This document shows, in pieces, positions 20,120 through 33,136 of a stretch of 64,000 nucleotides of DNA. Both the position numbers and the translations under genes were made by a program. A model generated the notes under the pieces. That model was not told the DNA's origin, searched no databases, and worked only from the letters and a program-made list of their open reading frames with translations. The DNA lies in NCBI GenBank assembly GCA_043228905.1, contig JBHGNT010000010.1, positions 3,162,001-3,226,000 of the forward strand, read 5' to 3'. The stretch's first letter is position 1. Each line of letters opens with the position of its first letter. This DNA is from Azolla caroliniana. Its lineage: Eukaryota; Plantae; Polypodiophyta.

Positions 20120-22246
20120 ATGAAAGGGTCGGATCTTGCAGAGGCCATGGCTTCGGCCGTGGATCGGATATTGAGCACACGCGAGGGCACCGGTGCCCTC
20201 GACAGAGCCTTTGAGGCAGTCGTCGGTACGATCGGCCGTTTCAGCGGAAAGGATGCTACGAGGTATTTGGCGTCCTACGGGGCGGAAATGCTGATGCGGG
20301 ACATTCCGGAAGAGAGGCGTCTTGCCGGGTTCCCTCGAGTGGCGATGCCGAGCATCCATGTGGAGGTGCTCGAGGTACGGGCGGAGAGCCGTACCTGGGA
20401 GGAGTTCGAAGGCCGACTCCTAGAGAAATATGGGCTGGACGACGCGCTCCGGCTTTCGAAACGGGACTTCATGGAATGGGTGGAGTCCCCCGGCAAAGGA
20501 AGAAATGCGTTGGCACTCCTCCGGGAGTTCGAAGAACGCTTTGCGCGCCTTTCGACGCTTGACCAAACTATCCTGGATACGAGCCGGGTCCTACTGTTCG
20601 TCAAGTCGGTGGACGAGCAGGACCGGGATCAAGTCGGCTCCTTGCTGGAAACTGAAGACGGGTTGATGACCGACTGGGCTGCGGTTAAGAGAGTCTGTGG
20701 CCGTTTCGACAAACGGCGAGAATGGGCTGACAACGGGGCGGCTGGTCCGGGCTCTGTTACAGCAAGGAGGCTTGAATCGGCGCCGCAAGTGCGAAGGGAA
20801 GAAACCCGGGAATGGCTCGAAACCGATCCGGCTTCGACCAGCATGGTCAATGGCTCGTCCGGAGGAGCAGCGCTAGAGGATTTGACGCGGGCGATAAAGG
20901 ATCTCCAGATCACCCGGACTCGAAGGGAAGGCGGCGAACCGGCTCGTGACCGACGGCCGGCAGCGGGGAACAGGTGCATGTGGTGCGACGAGGTCGGCCA
21001 CATTCGGAAGGACTGCGGCGATTTCGCAGAGGCGTTGAGAAACCGGGTGGTGTACCTGTGGGAAGGCCGGGTGCACGCTGGCAACACCAGGAGGGCCCTG
21101 AGCCGAAACGACGGGCGAGGAGGTATGAAGAGACTGATGGAAGAGGCAGCGGCCCGACACGTGGAGGCCATCCACTACTCGGCGTCAGCCGGTACTCAGG
21201 TCGGGGGCAGCGAGGCCCGAAAGGAGAATAAAGACGGTTTCTGGTCGGCAATGCTGGAAGGCCTCGCCGGCGCGCGGCCGAGGAAAGATGAAACGGACCG
21301 CGCTGAGAGACGGGTCCGGGAAATAACCGGGTGGAGCGATCCAGTCGAGGAGAAGACGGGCTTCGTAGAAGCCGCTTGCCGGAACTACGAGGCTCTGGTA
21401 GAAGAAAAACGAGTGGGGAAAGCCGGAGCGGCCGGGCCCTCACAACGGTACGAGACCCGATTCGGGCAACGACGGAACGATGCCGGTGGGCCCGGCCCGC
21501 AAGATAACCCCAGGAAGGGCGGGTACCGACTGGGGACATAAATAGAAAGGGCTACGGACCTACGAAAGGTCCTAGAAGAACGGATCCTCGACAGCAAAGT
21601 GGAGCTGTCATTACGGGAGGTGCTAGGGATCGCCAAGAAGGAGTTCCACGACTCCATTGTAGACTTGGTGAAACGAAAGAGACTGTCGACGGAGACGGAA
21701 CCGGAAACACCGGTGGAGGTGCGGACGACGCGCATCGACGACTCGGCGCTGGAAGATGAGTGGGCGGAGAGCCACTATTCGAGGCCACACTGGGCCCGAG
21801 CGACCACGGAGACCCCGGTAAAAATCGGAGGTGTTCAGGAACCGGTGGTGGCGTTGGTGGACCATGGTTCGGAAATAAACCTAATGTCCATGGACTTCTA
21901 TAAGAAGGGAAAGTGGCCGATCAACACCAGGCACGGGTGGAAGATACGGGCGGCGACGCGCGCCACCGAGGAGCTGCACGGGGCCTGCCCGAATGTGCGA
22001 GTAAAGATCGGCGACGTCGAGGTTGACCAGCACTTCTTCGTACAGGAGACGTCCTCGCATCCGGTCATATTAGGGGAACCATACATCACGGCGGCGAGAA
22101 TGGAGACCAAGGTGCTGGACAACGGTTCGGCCTACGCGAGGGTCAAAAGCCAGGACGGGCGCCATTCAGTGCAATTTTTGACGGTGCGGCCGAACCACGA
22201 GAGAAACCGCGAGTCCCTCGGTGGCGAGAACCGGGAGGATTTTTAG
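20120..22246 (+). pseudogene. G1 ORF1: gag (CCHC) fused in frame to aspartic protease; one premature TAA at 21539
   Basis: CMWCDEVGHIRKDC and ALVDHGSEINLM lie in the same frame. The TAA corresponds to GAG (Glu) in G2. Confidence 0.88.
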
Positions 22247-25200
22247 AGAGGGCTGCCAAGGCCTGGGGCCGAGACAGTCCGAACACTCGGGAAAGACCCC
22301 ACGATTGTACGATAGGCAGGAGATTTTGCTTCTCCGACAACGGAGGGTATATGATGGTCGACATCGTTGGCCGAGAAAAGACAAGGGCGGAAGAGCGACT
22401 TCGAGCGTGCGGAGTTCTCGGCCCGGACGAGGAAATCAGCGGAGCCGTGGAGGCGGTCTCCTTCGACGACACCTTAGGGATGCTGAGGACGGTTGCTAGA
22501 GAAAACCTTAACGAAGACCGGACGATACCGGTATGTTCCGAAGAGATGTACGAAGTCATCGCGAACTTCAGTTGGGGGCTCGGGTCGGATCGGACGGCCC
22601 GAGTTAGCACAAAGTACAAGACTGTGGGCCGGAAGGTAAGGCCAGTCGCGGCACCCTTACCGGAGGGCAGCGAGTCCCGGATCAGAGGGGTTGCGTCGGA
22701 CCCCAGTTTACGAGATCCGGCCTGCATAGGACACACCTTCACCAACGGGACGCTCCGGGAGCTCAAAATCGGTGGGGGCGGGTTCCTACTGCCGGCGGAG
22801 GAAGACCGGTTTCGGAGGATGCTCGGAAGGCACGGGAAAGCCTTCGCATTCTCACCGGAAGAGATCGGGTGCGTAGACCCGACAATCATGGAGCCGATGG
22901 TGATATTCACGGTACCACATGTGCCGTGGAATCTCAAGCCGATTCCGGTACCGAGAGCTCACATCCCGAAGCTGATGGAGCTATTGAGGCAGAAAGTAGA
23001 TATGGGCATTCTTGAACCGTCGAGTGCCCCATACTCGAACCGATGGTTTACCGTACCGAAGAAAAACGGAACGTTGCGCTTCATTCAAGACCTGCAGCCG
23101 GTCAACAGAGTAACCATTCGAAACGCAGGAATCGGACCGACCATAGACGAGTTTGCGGAGGCCTTTGCCGGAAGGTCGATTTACTCGGTCGGTGATCTGT
23201 ACTCAGGGTACGACCAGTTCCAACTAGCCGTGGAGGGCAGAGACATTATGACGATGCGAACTCCCCTCGGCCTAGTGCGAATGTGTACCCTGCCACAAGG
23301 AGGGACTAACTCGGTGGCTCACATGGTAAATGCAATGAACAAGGTACTGAGGGATTGCATCCCCGACATCACCATGCCGTTTCTGGACGACATCCCGATT
23401 AAGGGGTGCCCGGTGGAGGAGAAGGACGAGACAGTCAGGCCAGACGGATGCCGGCGATTCGTGGAGAAACACATCGACGACTGCGAGAAGGTGCTACAAA
23501 GGCTAGAGGATGCTAGGCTCACCTTCTCCGGGGAGAAATCGGCCTTTGGGCAATCGGAAATCCTGGTAGTCGGACACCTATGTGGGCCATATGGCCGGAA
23601 GCCGTCTCCGGCAAAGGTAGAAGCCATCTCCGCGATGAAGACCGACTGTAGCTCGGTTACGGAAGTTCGGAGGTTCCTGGGGGCATGCGCATTCTACCAC
23701 ATATGGATCCCGCATTACGCCCACGTTGCGGAGCCGCTATACGGGTTGCTGAAAAAGGGGCAAAGATTCGAGTGGCGAGACGAGCACGCGGGGTCGGTCC
23801 GGAAGCTGAAGGAAGCTCTTGCGGCAGCTCCGGCGCTCCGGAAGGCTATCTATGAGAAGGGTACCCCGGTATACATAACGGTGGATACGAGCCCGACCGG
23901 GATCGGATGGGTCGTCAACCAAGAAGACGAGGCACGGCACCCGGTTCCCGATCCGATTCGGCGCTAAGGTCCTCAGTGAGCGACAGCGAGGGTACGCCCA
24001 GGTTAAACGTGAACTCTGGGGTATCGTTTCGGCAGTAAAGGCGGACAAAGACTACCTGATCGGGACAGAAGTGATTATCGAGACGGATTGCCTACCGATT
24101 CTCGGCATGGTTTCCGGATGCGAGACACCGGACCTGGCGATGCTCAGGTGGATAGCGTACATCAAGTCCCTGGACCCAGAGATACGACACATTTCCGGAA
24201 AGGACAACGCCATGGCCGACATGCTTTCGAGGGCGAGGTTTGATGACGAGGGCGGCATGGTTTCGGAGGACGAAGAAGTCGGCGTGGACTTCTTCGAGGT
24301 GGCGTACGTGACGACCGATGGGACGAGCACTCCGGCACTTAACGACTTCGACGAGAGCAAGTACGACGGCGAGTGGGTCCAGATCGGTGGATTCTTGAGG
24401 ACAATGACACCGGATGCGTCATGGACGAAGGACGAGGCCAACCGGATCCGGAAGAAAGCTTACCGATTCTTTCTCAGGGACGGATACTTATGGAAGCACC
24501 CGAAGAAGAGGGACGGTGCTCCGCTCCGGGTGGTGGCGATGAAGGAAGAACAGGAGGAGCTGCTGACGGCCTACCACGACAGCCCTTGGGCCGGACACCG
24601 TGGAACCTGGGCCACGTTCGAGAAGATAAAGGGGAAGTACTGGTGGCTGGGACTGTACCGGGACGTGCATCGATTCGTGACAACTTGCGAGAGCTGTCAG
24701 ATGCACTCCATAGTCCGAAACCGGGACGAACTTCACGCTACGTACCCTCCGACCATCCACTTCAAATGGATGGTAGACCTGGTAACGATGCCGATAGGAG
24801 TAGGACAGATGCGGTATCTGGTCCTGGCTCGAGAAGATCTAACGAACCAGGTGGAAGGCCGGGCCCTTCAGAACAAAACGACTGTGGCCGTATGTCGGTT
24901 CCTGCTCGAGGACGTAATATGCCGGTACGGGTGCGTCGGGAAGATCGTGGCTGATCGCGGGGAGTTGGACGCCGAAGAGGCCGAGGAGCTGTTCGACCGG
25001 CTAGGAGTCAAGCTCTCGCTTACCACTGCGTACAATCCGGAGGCGAATGGAAAGGTGGAGCGCGGACACGGACCGATCGTCAAGGTGTTAGTTCGGGCAT
25101 GCGGAGGTCGAGTCGGGAACTGGCCGCGGCTATTGCCTTACGCGTTGTGGGCTGACCGGACTACGCACAGTTCGGTAACCGTATTCATGCCGGGAGAGCT

Positions 25201-25711
25201 CATGTTTGGCCAGAAGCCGATCATGCCGATCGAACGTACGGTCTCCTCATGGGCAACCGTGGACTGTAGAGACGAGATGAGCCAGGAGGAACTGTTGACG
25301 ACGCGCATATGATAGCTCGAGCGAAGACCAGAGGATGTGGAGCAGGCTGCGGAAAGGCTTCGGGAAGCAAGGATGAGGAACAAAGCCCGGTTCGACCGAA
25401 CACACCGGCTCCGACCGAAGAAGATCGAGGAAGGCGACTGGGTGCTAGTCTACGACAGCGGCCTCGACAACCAGCACCGAGCGACACGGAAGTTCGCAAG
25501 AAGGTGGTTCGGGCCTTACGTGGTACAAAGCGCCAACGACAACGGGACGTACCATCTGGCGGAACTCGACGGTACGAGAATGACGATACCGGTAGCTGGG
25601 AAGCGGATCAAGACGTTCAAGAAGCGTCACGACGACGAGCCGGATCAGGTTGACTTGGACCGCGACGACGAGCGATCCGAAACCGAGGAAGAATCGACGG
25701 GCGGGGAATGA
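22240..25711 (+). pseudogene. G1 ORF2: RT, RNase H and integrase in the -1 frame (frameshift near 23940, stops near 25310)
   Basis: YSNRWFTVPKK, DLYSGYDQ, LPQG, FLDDIPIKG, TVDTSPTGIG, H..H..CESC, DRGE, YNPEANGKVE, WFGPY; no chromodomain. Confidence 0.92.
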
Positions 25712-26335
25712 AGGCTGGACCGGTTTTCTCCGTCCCAACACAATTTGGCGCATGCCGGTGGATGCGCGGTTAGGTGGGGGCGGATGTCGTAAAGAAAACC
25801 GTCCACAAGCGGAATCGTTGTACCGGAGCGTAGAAACCGACTCTTCATGCACGTGCGCCTCAAGTTGTACATAGGAGATCCTAGGTAGATTCGGTAGGTA
25901 GGGAGTAAGGGGGAAACGGCTCCTTCCTTGCCTATAAAAGGAGGGAGACGAGGAGAGTAAGGGGATCGCGGAGAGTCGAGGACGAAGTGCTGTCGGTTTG
26001 CGTGCGAAGGCTTCTCTCTCTCTCTCTTTCTGGTTGCAAACACCATAGCTTCCTTCTGTGCAGGTTTCGGGAGGCCCGCGCTGCTCTGAGGAACGCCCGA
26101 GTGCTTCCGGCAGCACCTCCAACCTACTCATCCCCCTCTGTGCGTTTACGAACAGGTATCGGCATCTGTTCGCCGGCTTGTTCGGTTGTAACCGACTTCG
26201 TGTTTTGTTGTCTTCGTGTTCTTGTTGTTTGTCTTGTCAATACATACATACTTTCGTGTCTTTCTGTGTCGCTGTCCCACTCGCGTCTTTGCGTCGAAGG
26301 GCCGTGTCCCTGTGAATCTACGCTCGCACGTAGTG

Positions 26336-26379
<44 letters not shown>

Positions 26380-26619
26380 TGTTCGGTACAGGACCCCCGA
26401 GGTCCCGCCTCACTCCACGCATCCGCGAGGAATACCTCGACAACGCATTGTGTATGAAACATCGGGTGATGAAGGTGCAAGCATGAGAAAATCTTGCATG
26501 GTCGACGGAGATAAAGTGTTTGAGTCCGACGTGATTGAGGAGGTAGCCATGAAAAACGACATCGAGTCGGAGGTGGCTATGGACGAGTCGACGACGGATA
26601 GCCATGTCGACACTTTCTC

Positions 26620-26945
26620 CACGCTTGTTCCAGAGACTTCGGCGGTTGTGCCCGTGTGCCAACGTGAGACCGGAGAGACGGAAGGTGGTGACAGGAAGCC
26701 GAAGGCCCAACACAAAGAGGAAGAAGATCAAGGAAGAAAGGATATCCCCACACCTATTCTAGAGACTTCGGCGGTTGTGCACGTGCGCCAACGTGAGACC
26801 GGAGAGACGGAATGTGTCGACGGAAAAGCAGACAACCGGAAGGGTGATAAGGAAGACAAGGTAAATGAACGAAGGGATTCCTTCACACTGGTTCCGGAGA
26901 CTTCGGTAGTCGAGACCGTGTGTCGACATAAGACCGAAGATAAAG
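26620..26945 (+). repeat. Three degenerate ~130-bp repeats inside element N
   Basis: GAGACTTCGG(C/T).GT..GTG..C.AC.T.AGACCG recurs at ~26633, ~26762 and ~26897; the peptide ETSAVVPVCQRET repeats. Confidence 0.7.
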
Positions 26946-28349
26946 GAGGTGGCGGAGAGGAGACAATATGGCTCGAGGCGAGCATACACGGAGGGAAGGA
27001 TGTGGCCGACGAGGAGGCCAAGGATGAAGCCGCGGTTGAGTTCGATGGAGAGGCAGCATGCGGGAAGGAAGGAAGAGTCGAGAACCGGTCGAACCGGAAG
27101 ACGATCTAGCCAGGATTCCGGCTCGAACGAAGGGAGATCCACATGGGAGATGATCGACCGGGACCGACCCGGCCGAAACTTGATTCGGAGGAAATCGATC
27201 GGATGATCCCGATCCAAAAGGGGGCTGACCCGGCCAGAATCAATCGGTCGAGCCCAACTCGGCAAAATGCGAATGCAGACGAAGGCCAACCGAGCCAAGA
27301 AGCGATCGGCGGAGACCGATCCGGACAAGGGCAAACCTGGCATAATCGGAGATCGACACGAACGATCCAAAACACCCAGTTGAAGATGGTGAGCGCGAGG
27401 AGTGGCCAGGAGTCCAATCGAAGGACACGCGCGGTGGACGAAGGAAGAGCAGTCGGATCGACGACATCATTCGGTAGATCTACTACAACCGATCGGGAAA
27501 GAAGGTGTGAGCACCGGATATGGTGGATTGGGTGGCTACGGTGGTTCGGTTGGAAAGATTGCGCATATTCTAAGTGGAAGACGAAGTCAGACGAGGTCGA
27601 CGAGCGTGTAGAGGAACTCGGTTGATCACCGTTGCCAAAGATCTCACCTCTTCACCTTTCTCGGCACATACCGGAGGATGTGCGGGTTTGGTGGGGGTGG
27701 ATGTCGTGACGATTTTCGGCTACGGTGTGAAACCGAGTGAGACGAATAAACCAAGGATGTGCAACATTGCACATGCACTTAGAAAATAAACCTAAGGCCT
27801 AGTGGCACTTGAGTTCATACAGAGGGGTGCAAGCAAGGTTTGAACCTTGCACCTCTAAGATACAAGATGATTGCCTTACCATTAGGACAACTATCATATA
27901 GTGTAGATTCTATGTATTTCCTTTTTATATTCGAATTATAGATGAAACAACCATAGAAAACCATGTGCACAAAACCATGGTTCTAAACCCATGGTTTGTG
28001 CATGACATAAGCAAAACCATGTGCACAAAACCATGGTTTTAGCCCATGGTTTTGTGCATGTCACAAGCATGGAAAGACCTATAAAAGCCTCTAGTTGGGC
28101 TTGTGTAAGGGGGGCTCAATATGTGATATCACCAACACCACTATCATCAATATAATTATATTTGTCTTTATCTTCTTCATATTTTTCTACTTCTCAAGTG
28201 TACAATTTTTCTTCTTCTCAAGTAAACCAATTTCATCTAATCTTACATTGATCGTCATCTCTTCGATAATTCTGCAAACATCCTCCCCGGTCCAAGACCC
28301 CGGTGGTCGCTCGAGTAGCACACGCACGCGCGGATCTTCGCGACAACGC

Positions 28350-30917
28350 CATGTACTCGTTGTATCCGAACCGCAAAACAGGATTCTTTTGGCGGGTAGA
28401 TCGGCGTAATCTCTCATTAGCCAAAGTCGAGGCCTTCTCGGTCGACGCGGTCTTCACCTTTAAAGACCCGTCACCAGTTTCCTCGGAGTCGGACTCGCGT
28501 CGGTCTGACTTGTTCTTATCCGTGCCGGAATCCGACACCTTCTTCTTCCCTTTCTCTTTTGTGCGTAAGCCGTCTCCTCGGCTTCCTGCGTGGGGAATGC
28601 ACGGCCGAGTCTCCACTACTCGCCGGCTCTTCATCGGACTGATCGTACCGACTCAGTCGTCCAATCGGTCCACTTAAGCGGAGTGAAATCGGACTCTCTT
28701 CGCGGGTCTCAATTTCGGGCTCATCCGGAGGCATCTCGGCCTCGCTGACCTCATCGTCAGAACACGGATTGGACTCGGGGCTCAGAGTCGGGGGCTGGTA
28801 CTAGGACGCGGACTCGTCAAACACAACATCACGGCTAACACGCGCTTGTTTGGTGCGAGGGTTATAGCACTTATAACCCTTTTGCTCGTCCGAGTAACCG
28901 ACCAAGATGCACTTCTCGGCCTTTGCGTCCAGCTTCCTCCTTTTCTCCTTCGGTATATGCACATACGCAATGCTACCGAACACCCTCAAGTGTCGTAAGT
29001 TCGGCTTCGTTCCGAAGTATAGCTGATGTGCCCACACCTTGTCTCCGATCCGGTTCTGGATGTATACCGCGGTCCTTACCGCCTTGGCCCAATAGAACTT
29101 GGGCAAGCTCTTCTCTTCCAGCATTGCCCGTGCCGCTTCCACAATTGACCGATTCTTCCTCTCGGCCACACCGTTCTGCTCCGGCGTGTATCTACAACTG
29201 AATTCGCGGCGAATTCCCATTTGTTGTAGATAACCGTTGAATTGACCGGAAAAGTACTATTTTCCGCCATCCAACCGCAGGCACTTGATCTTTTGTCCCG
29301 TTTCCGTTTCCACGAACTCTTTGAGGTCCCGGAAACAGTTGAGGACTTCGCTCTTCCTCTCAATGAGGTAGATCCACGTGTGCCGCATGTGGTCGTCGAT
29401 GAAGGAGACGAAATATCGGCTCCCGCCAAGACTAACGTTTTGTGCCGGCCCCCACATATCGGAGTGTATAAGGTCGAGCTTGTTCCGGCTCCGATTTCGC
29501 TCGTTGGGGAAAGAAAGTCGGTGTTGCTTCCCGAGCTGGCAGGCTTCACAAATTTGTGCCTTTTGGCCACTAAATTTGGGCAATCCGAACACTACCTGTT
29601 TCGATTGCAGATCTTGAAGCCGTTGGTAGTTGACGTGGCCTATCCGCTTGTGCCACAAGTCGATGTCCGACTCGGTCTTTTGTCGCTTCGCGAACATTGC
29701 GGTGCCACCATCAGTGGAGTCGAGGATGAACATCCTCCCGTCTCTGCGCCCTTGCGCAATCACACAGCCTTCTTCCTCAATGAAGCACCCGAGGTGTGTA
29801 AACCGAACCTCCATCCCTTGGTCAATGATTTGTCCGACCGAGACCAGGTTTTTCGTGATTGTCGGAACGTGCAACACGTTCATGAGTTTCCCTTTCTACC
29901 CGACATGGCTAAGGGGAACTTCTCCGACGTTCGCGATCGGATGCGGAGTGTCGTCTCCTATTGCGACTACTCCAGGTTGTATTGGTTTTTCAAGGTACGA
30001 GAACCACTCCTTATGGCTCGTCATGTGGTTTGACACACCGGAGTCTACGTACCACACCTCGTCTGATCTCGGGGTGGTCTGTTTCATTGAGTTTGCTTCG
30101 TGTCTCGTCACGAAGGCAGTCCCTTCTCCGACTCTCCCGGAGTCTTCGGCGTAGTGCGATTGCTGCTGATTTCCCTTATCGGTATGTCTGGAGCCGTTTC
30201 TCTCCGAATCGGCGTGCTTCTTCTAGCACTCACTTTCCCTGTGGCCTTTTTTGCCACAGTACCAGCACTCCGCGATGGTCTTCCCTTGCCGGTTCTCATC
30301 GCTTCGACTCCCCCTGTTTCCGGAGGGTCCGAAGTTACTGTCGACATCACTTCGGTGTCTTCTTCCTTGATCTCGTCGGCCGCCTCCATTGCGCGCCGAC
30401 TCGCCTCGTCCTCCATGTCCACGGGGCCTATCTCCCTCCGTGTACAACATCTTGCTGTCGGTGTGCGTGCTTGTCGACGCACCCGCGTGGTTCTCCTCTA
30501 CCAGGAGCATCGACTGTAAGTCGAAAAAGGACGACGTATTCTCCCGGGTACACACAGCCGTTCGGAACGCTCCAAACTTCGACGCGAAACCTCCGAGATA
30601 GATCTAGACCATCTCACTCTCCTCGATGTTCACCTCTATGGAGGCGAGGGAGTCGTTGATATCATTGATCTTCGAGGTATAGTCCGCCACCGACAAGTCG
30701 CGCTGTCGTAGGTTGCTCAACTCCTGTCGGAGCTGAAGCTTCCTAGCTGTGGTGCTCGCGGCGAAAATCTTCTTCAGATTTTCCCACGCACCCTTTGGCG
30801 TCTTTGCATCCCAAACATAACTCAATAGTTGTTCGCCCACACACGACGCGAAGCAATATAATACCCTGCTCGCCGATTGCTCCCACGACGGGAAGTCTCT
30901 GTGTGTCGATTCGGGTG
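28350..30917 (-). pseudogene. Copia-C gag 3' part, protease and integrase (frameshifts and stops)
   Basis: CWYCGKKGHRESEC, WYVDSG, WHKRIGH..CEAC, IHSDMWGP, PEQNGVAERKNR, KLDAKAEKC. Confidence 0.92.
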
Positions 30918-31618
30918 CCGCTGTCGTGAAGAAAACCGTCCCTTAGAGCAATTGGTGCATAGCGCGTGTGAACCGGCGGCTCTTCACGCGTGCGCGCCCT
31001 TTAATGTATATAATAGAGAATTAAGTACAAAGGCATATCCTAGGTAGTTAGATTCGGTAGGTAGGAAGTTAATGAGGGAAACGGCTACCTTCTTGAAGAT
31101 ATAAAAGAGAGGGAGATGCGGGGAGAAAGGGATCGCGCATTGAGGAGGACGAAGTGTTGTCGGACCGTAACCGAACGCTTCTCCTCTGTTTGTTCTCTAT
31201 TGCTCTTCTCTGCAGGTTTTCGGGAGGCTCGCTCTGCTTCGAGGAACGCCCGTGTGCTTCTGGCAGCACCTCCATCCTATCTCCTTTCGTGCGCAGACGA
31301 GCAGGCATCGACATCTGTTCGCCGGCCTGTTCGGTTGTAACCGCTCGCGTGCTCTGTTGTTTTTGTGTCATTTGTTAATATACAAACATTTGTGTCTCTC
31401 TGTCTCTGTGTCCATTCGTGTCTTCTGCGTTGACGGGCCATGTCCCTGTGTTTCTTTGCTCATATGTAACCGATCGTCTCACTCTTTCTCTTTCCCCTCC
31501 TATCACCTGCTCTTCGGTTCAAGACCCCGGCGGTCCCGCCTCGTTTCTCCACGCACGCGCGTAGTAACGCGACATATTTGGTGAACCCGACGTGAACAAG
31601 GCAGCAGAGGGGCAGAAG

Positions 31619-33063
31619 ATGAGGGGGTCGGATCTTGCAGAGGCCATGGCTTCGGCCGTAGACCGGACAGTGAGCGCGCGCGAGGGCACCGGCGCCCTTG
31701 ACAAGGCTATTGAGGCGATCGTCGGTACGACCGGCCGGTTTAGTGGAAAGGATGCCACGAGTTATTTGGCGTCCTACCGGGCAAAGATGTTGATGAGGGA
31801 TATTCCGGAAGAGAGGAGTCCAACCGGATTCCCTCGAGTGGCGATGTCGGGCATCCATGCGAAGGTGCTCGAAGTCCGGGCGGAGAGCCGGACCTGGGAG
31901 GAGTTCGAAGGACGGCTCCTGGAGAAATACGGGTTGGATGACGCGCTTCGACTTTCGAAGTGGGGCTTCATGGAGTGGGTGGAGTCCCCCAACAAAGGAA
32001 GAATTGCATCGGTACTCCTCCGGGAGTTTGAGGAACGCTTTGCGCGCCTTTCGGCGCTCGATCAAACCGTTCTAGACACAAGTCGTGTCCTACTGTTTGT
32101 CAAATCGGTTGACGCACAGGATCGGGAGCAAGTGGGCTCCTTACTGGAAACCGAAGACGGGTTGACGGCCGACTAGGCCGCGGTAAAAAGAGTTTGCGGC
32201 CGTTTTGACAAACGGTGGGAGTGGGCTGATACAGGGGCGACCGGGGCGGGTCCTGTCGCAGCAAAGAAGCTCGAACCGATACCGCAGGCGCGACGGGAAG
32301 AGACTCGGGAGTGCCTCGAAACCGGTTCGGCTTCGACCGGCGTGGTCAGAGGCTCGTCCGGGGGGACAGCTTTGGAGGAGTTGACACGGGTGGTAAAGGA
32401 TCTCCAGATCGCCCAGGCTCGGAGGGAAGGCGGCGATCAGGCTCGTGACCGACGGCCTCCGGCAGGAAATAGGTGCATGTGGTGCGATGAGGTCGGCCAC
32501 ATCCGGAAAGACTGCGGGGACTTTACGGAGGCTTTGAGAAGCCGGGTAGTGTACCTGTGGGAAGGTTGGGTGCACGCCAGCGATACCCGGAGGGCCCTGA
32601 ACCGAAACGACGGGCGAGGAGGAATGAAAAGGCTGATGGAAGAGGCGGCGGCCCAGCACGCGGAGACCGTCCACTACTCAGCGTCAGCCGGTATTCGGGT
32701 CGGAGGCAGCGAGGCCCAGAAGGAGAGCAAAGCCGGGTTCTGGCCGACGATGCTGGAAGGCCTTGCCGGTGCCCGACTAAAGAAAGACGAAGTAGACCGC
32801 GCGGAGAAGCGGGTCCAGGAGGTAACCGGGTGGAGTGACCCGGTCGAAGAAAAGACGGGTTTCGTCGAAGCAGCTTGCCAGAACTATGAGGCTCTGGTTG
32901 AAGACAAATGGGTAGGTAAAACCGGAGGGGCGGGACCCTTACAGAGATACGAAACCCGATTCGGGCTGAAACGAAACGAGGCCGGTGAGTCCAGTGCCCG
33001 GGATAACCACAAGAAGGGCGGATACCGTTTGGGCACGGAGATCGAAAGGACCACGGACCTACG
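31619..33063 (+). pseudogene. G2 gag (premature stop at 32174), interrupted by Copia-D
   Basis: Collinear with G1 gag; CMWCDEVGHIRKDC. Confidence 0.88.
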
Positions 33064-33136
33064 TGTTGGGAGACAGGTCCCTCCGGATGGGAAGGGAGAA
33101 GAACAGTGCCGATGAACAAACTTGGCCGAGGCCGAG

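Larger units (their letters stand above)
19406..26442 (+). mobile_element. G1: near full-length non-chromoviral Ty3/Gypsy element
   Basis: LTRs at 19406-20075 and 25785-26442 (TGTCG..CGACA). 4-bp TSD ACGC at 19402-19405 and 26443-26446. PBS TGGTGAACCCGACGTGAA at 20080-20097. PPT GGTGGGGGCGGA. Confidence 0.96.
18581..28345 (+). mobile_element. Element N: non-autonomous, gag-only LTR element related to G1-G3 (5' LTR truncated)
   Basis: 3' LTR at 27702-28345 (TGTCG..CGACA); its first ~288 bp are repeated at 18581-~18868. The gag-like peptide KVLMFVKSID..GLIEDWSKVESVC matches G1 gag. No pol motifs. PPT GGTGGGGGTGGA resembles G1. Confidence 0.85.

Noticed and set aside
21539-21541. TAA between gag and protease as programmed readthrough
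   Set aside because: G2 has a sense codon (GAG) at the same position, so it is a copy-specific mutation.
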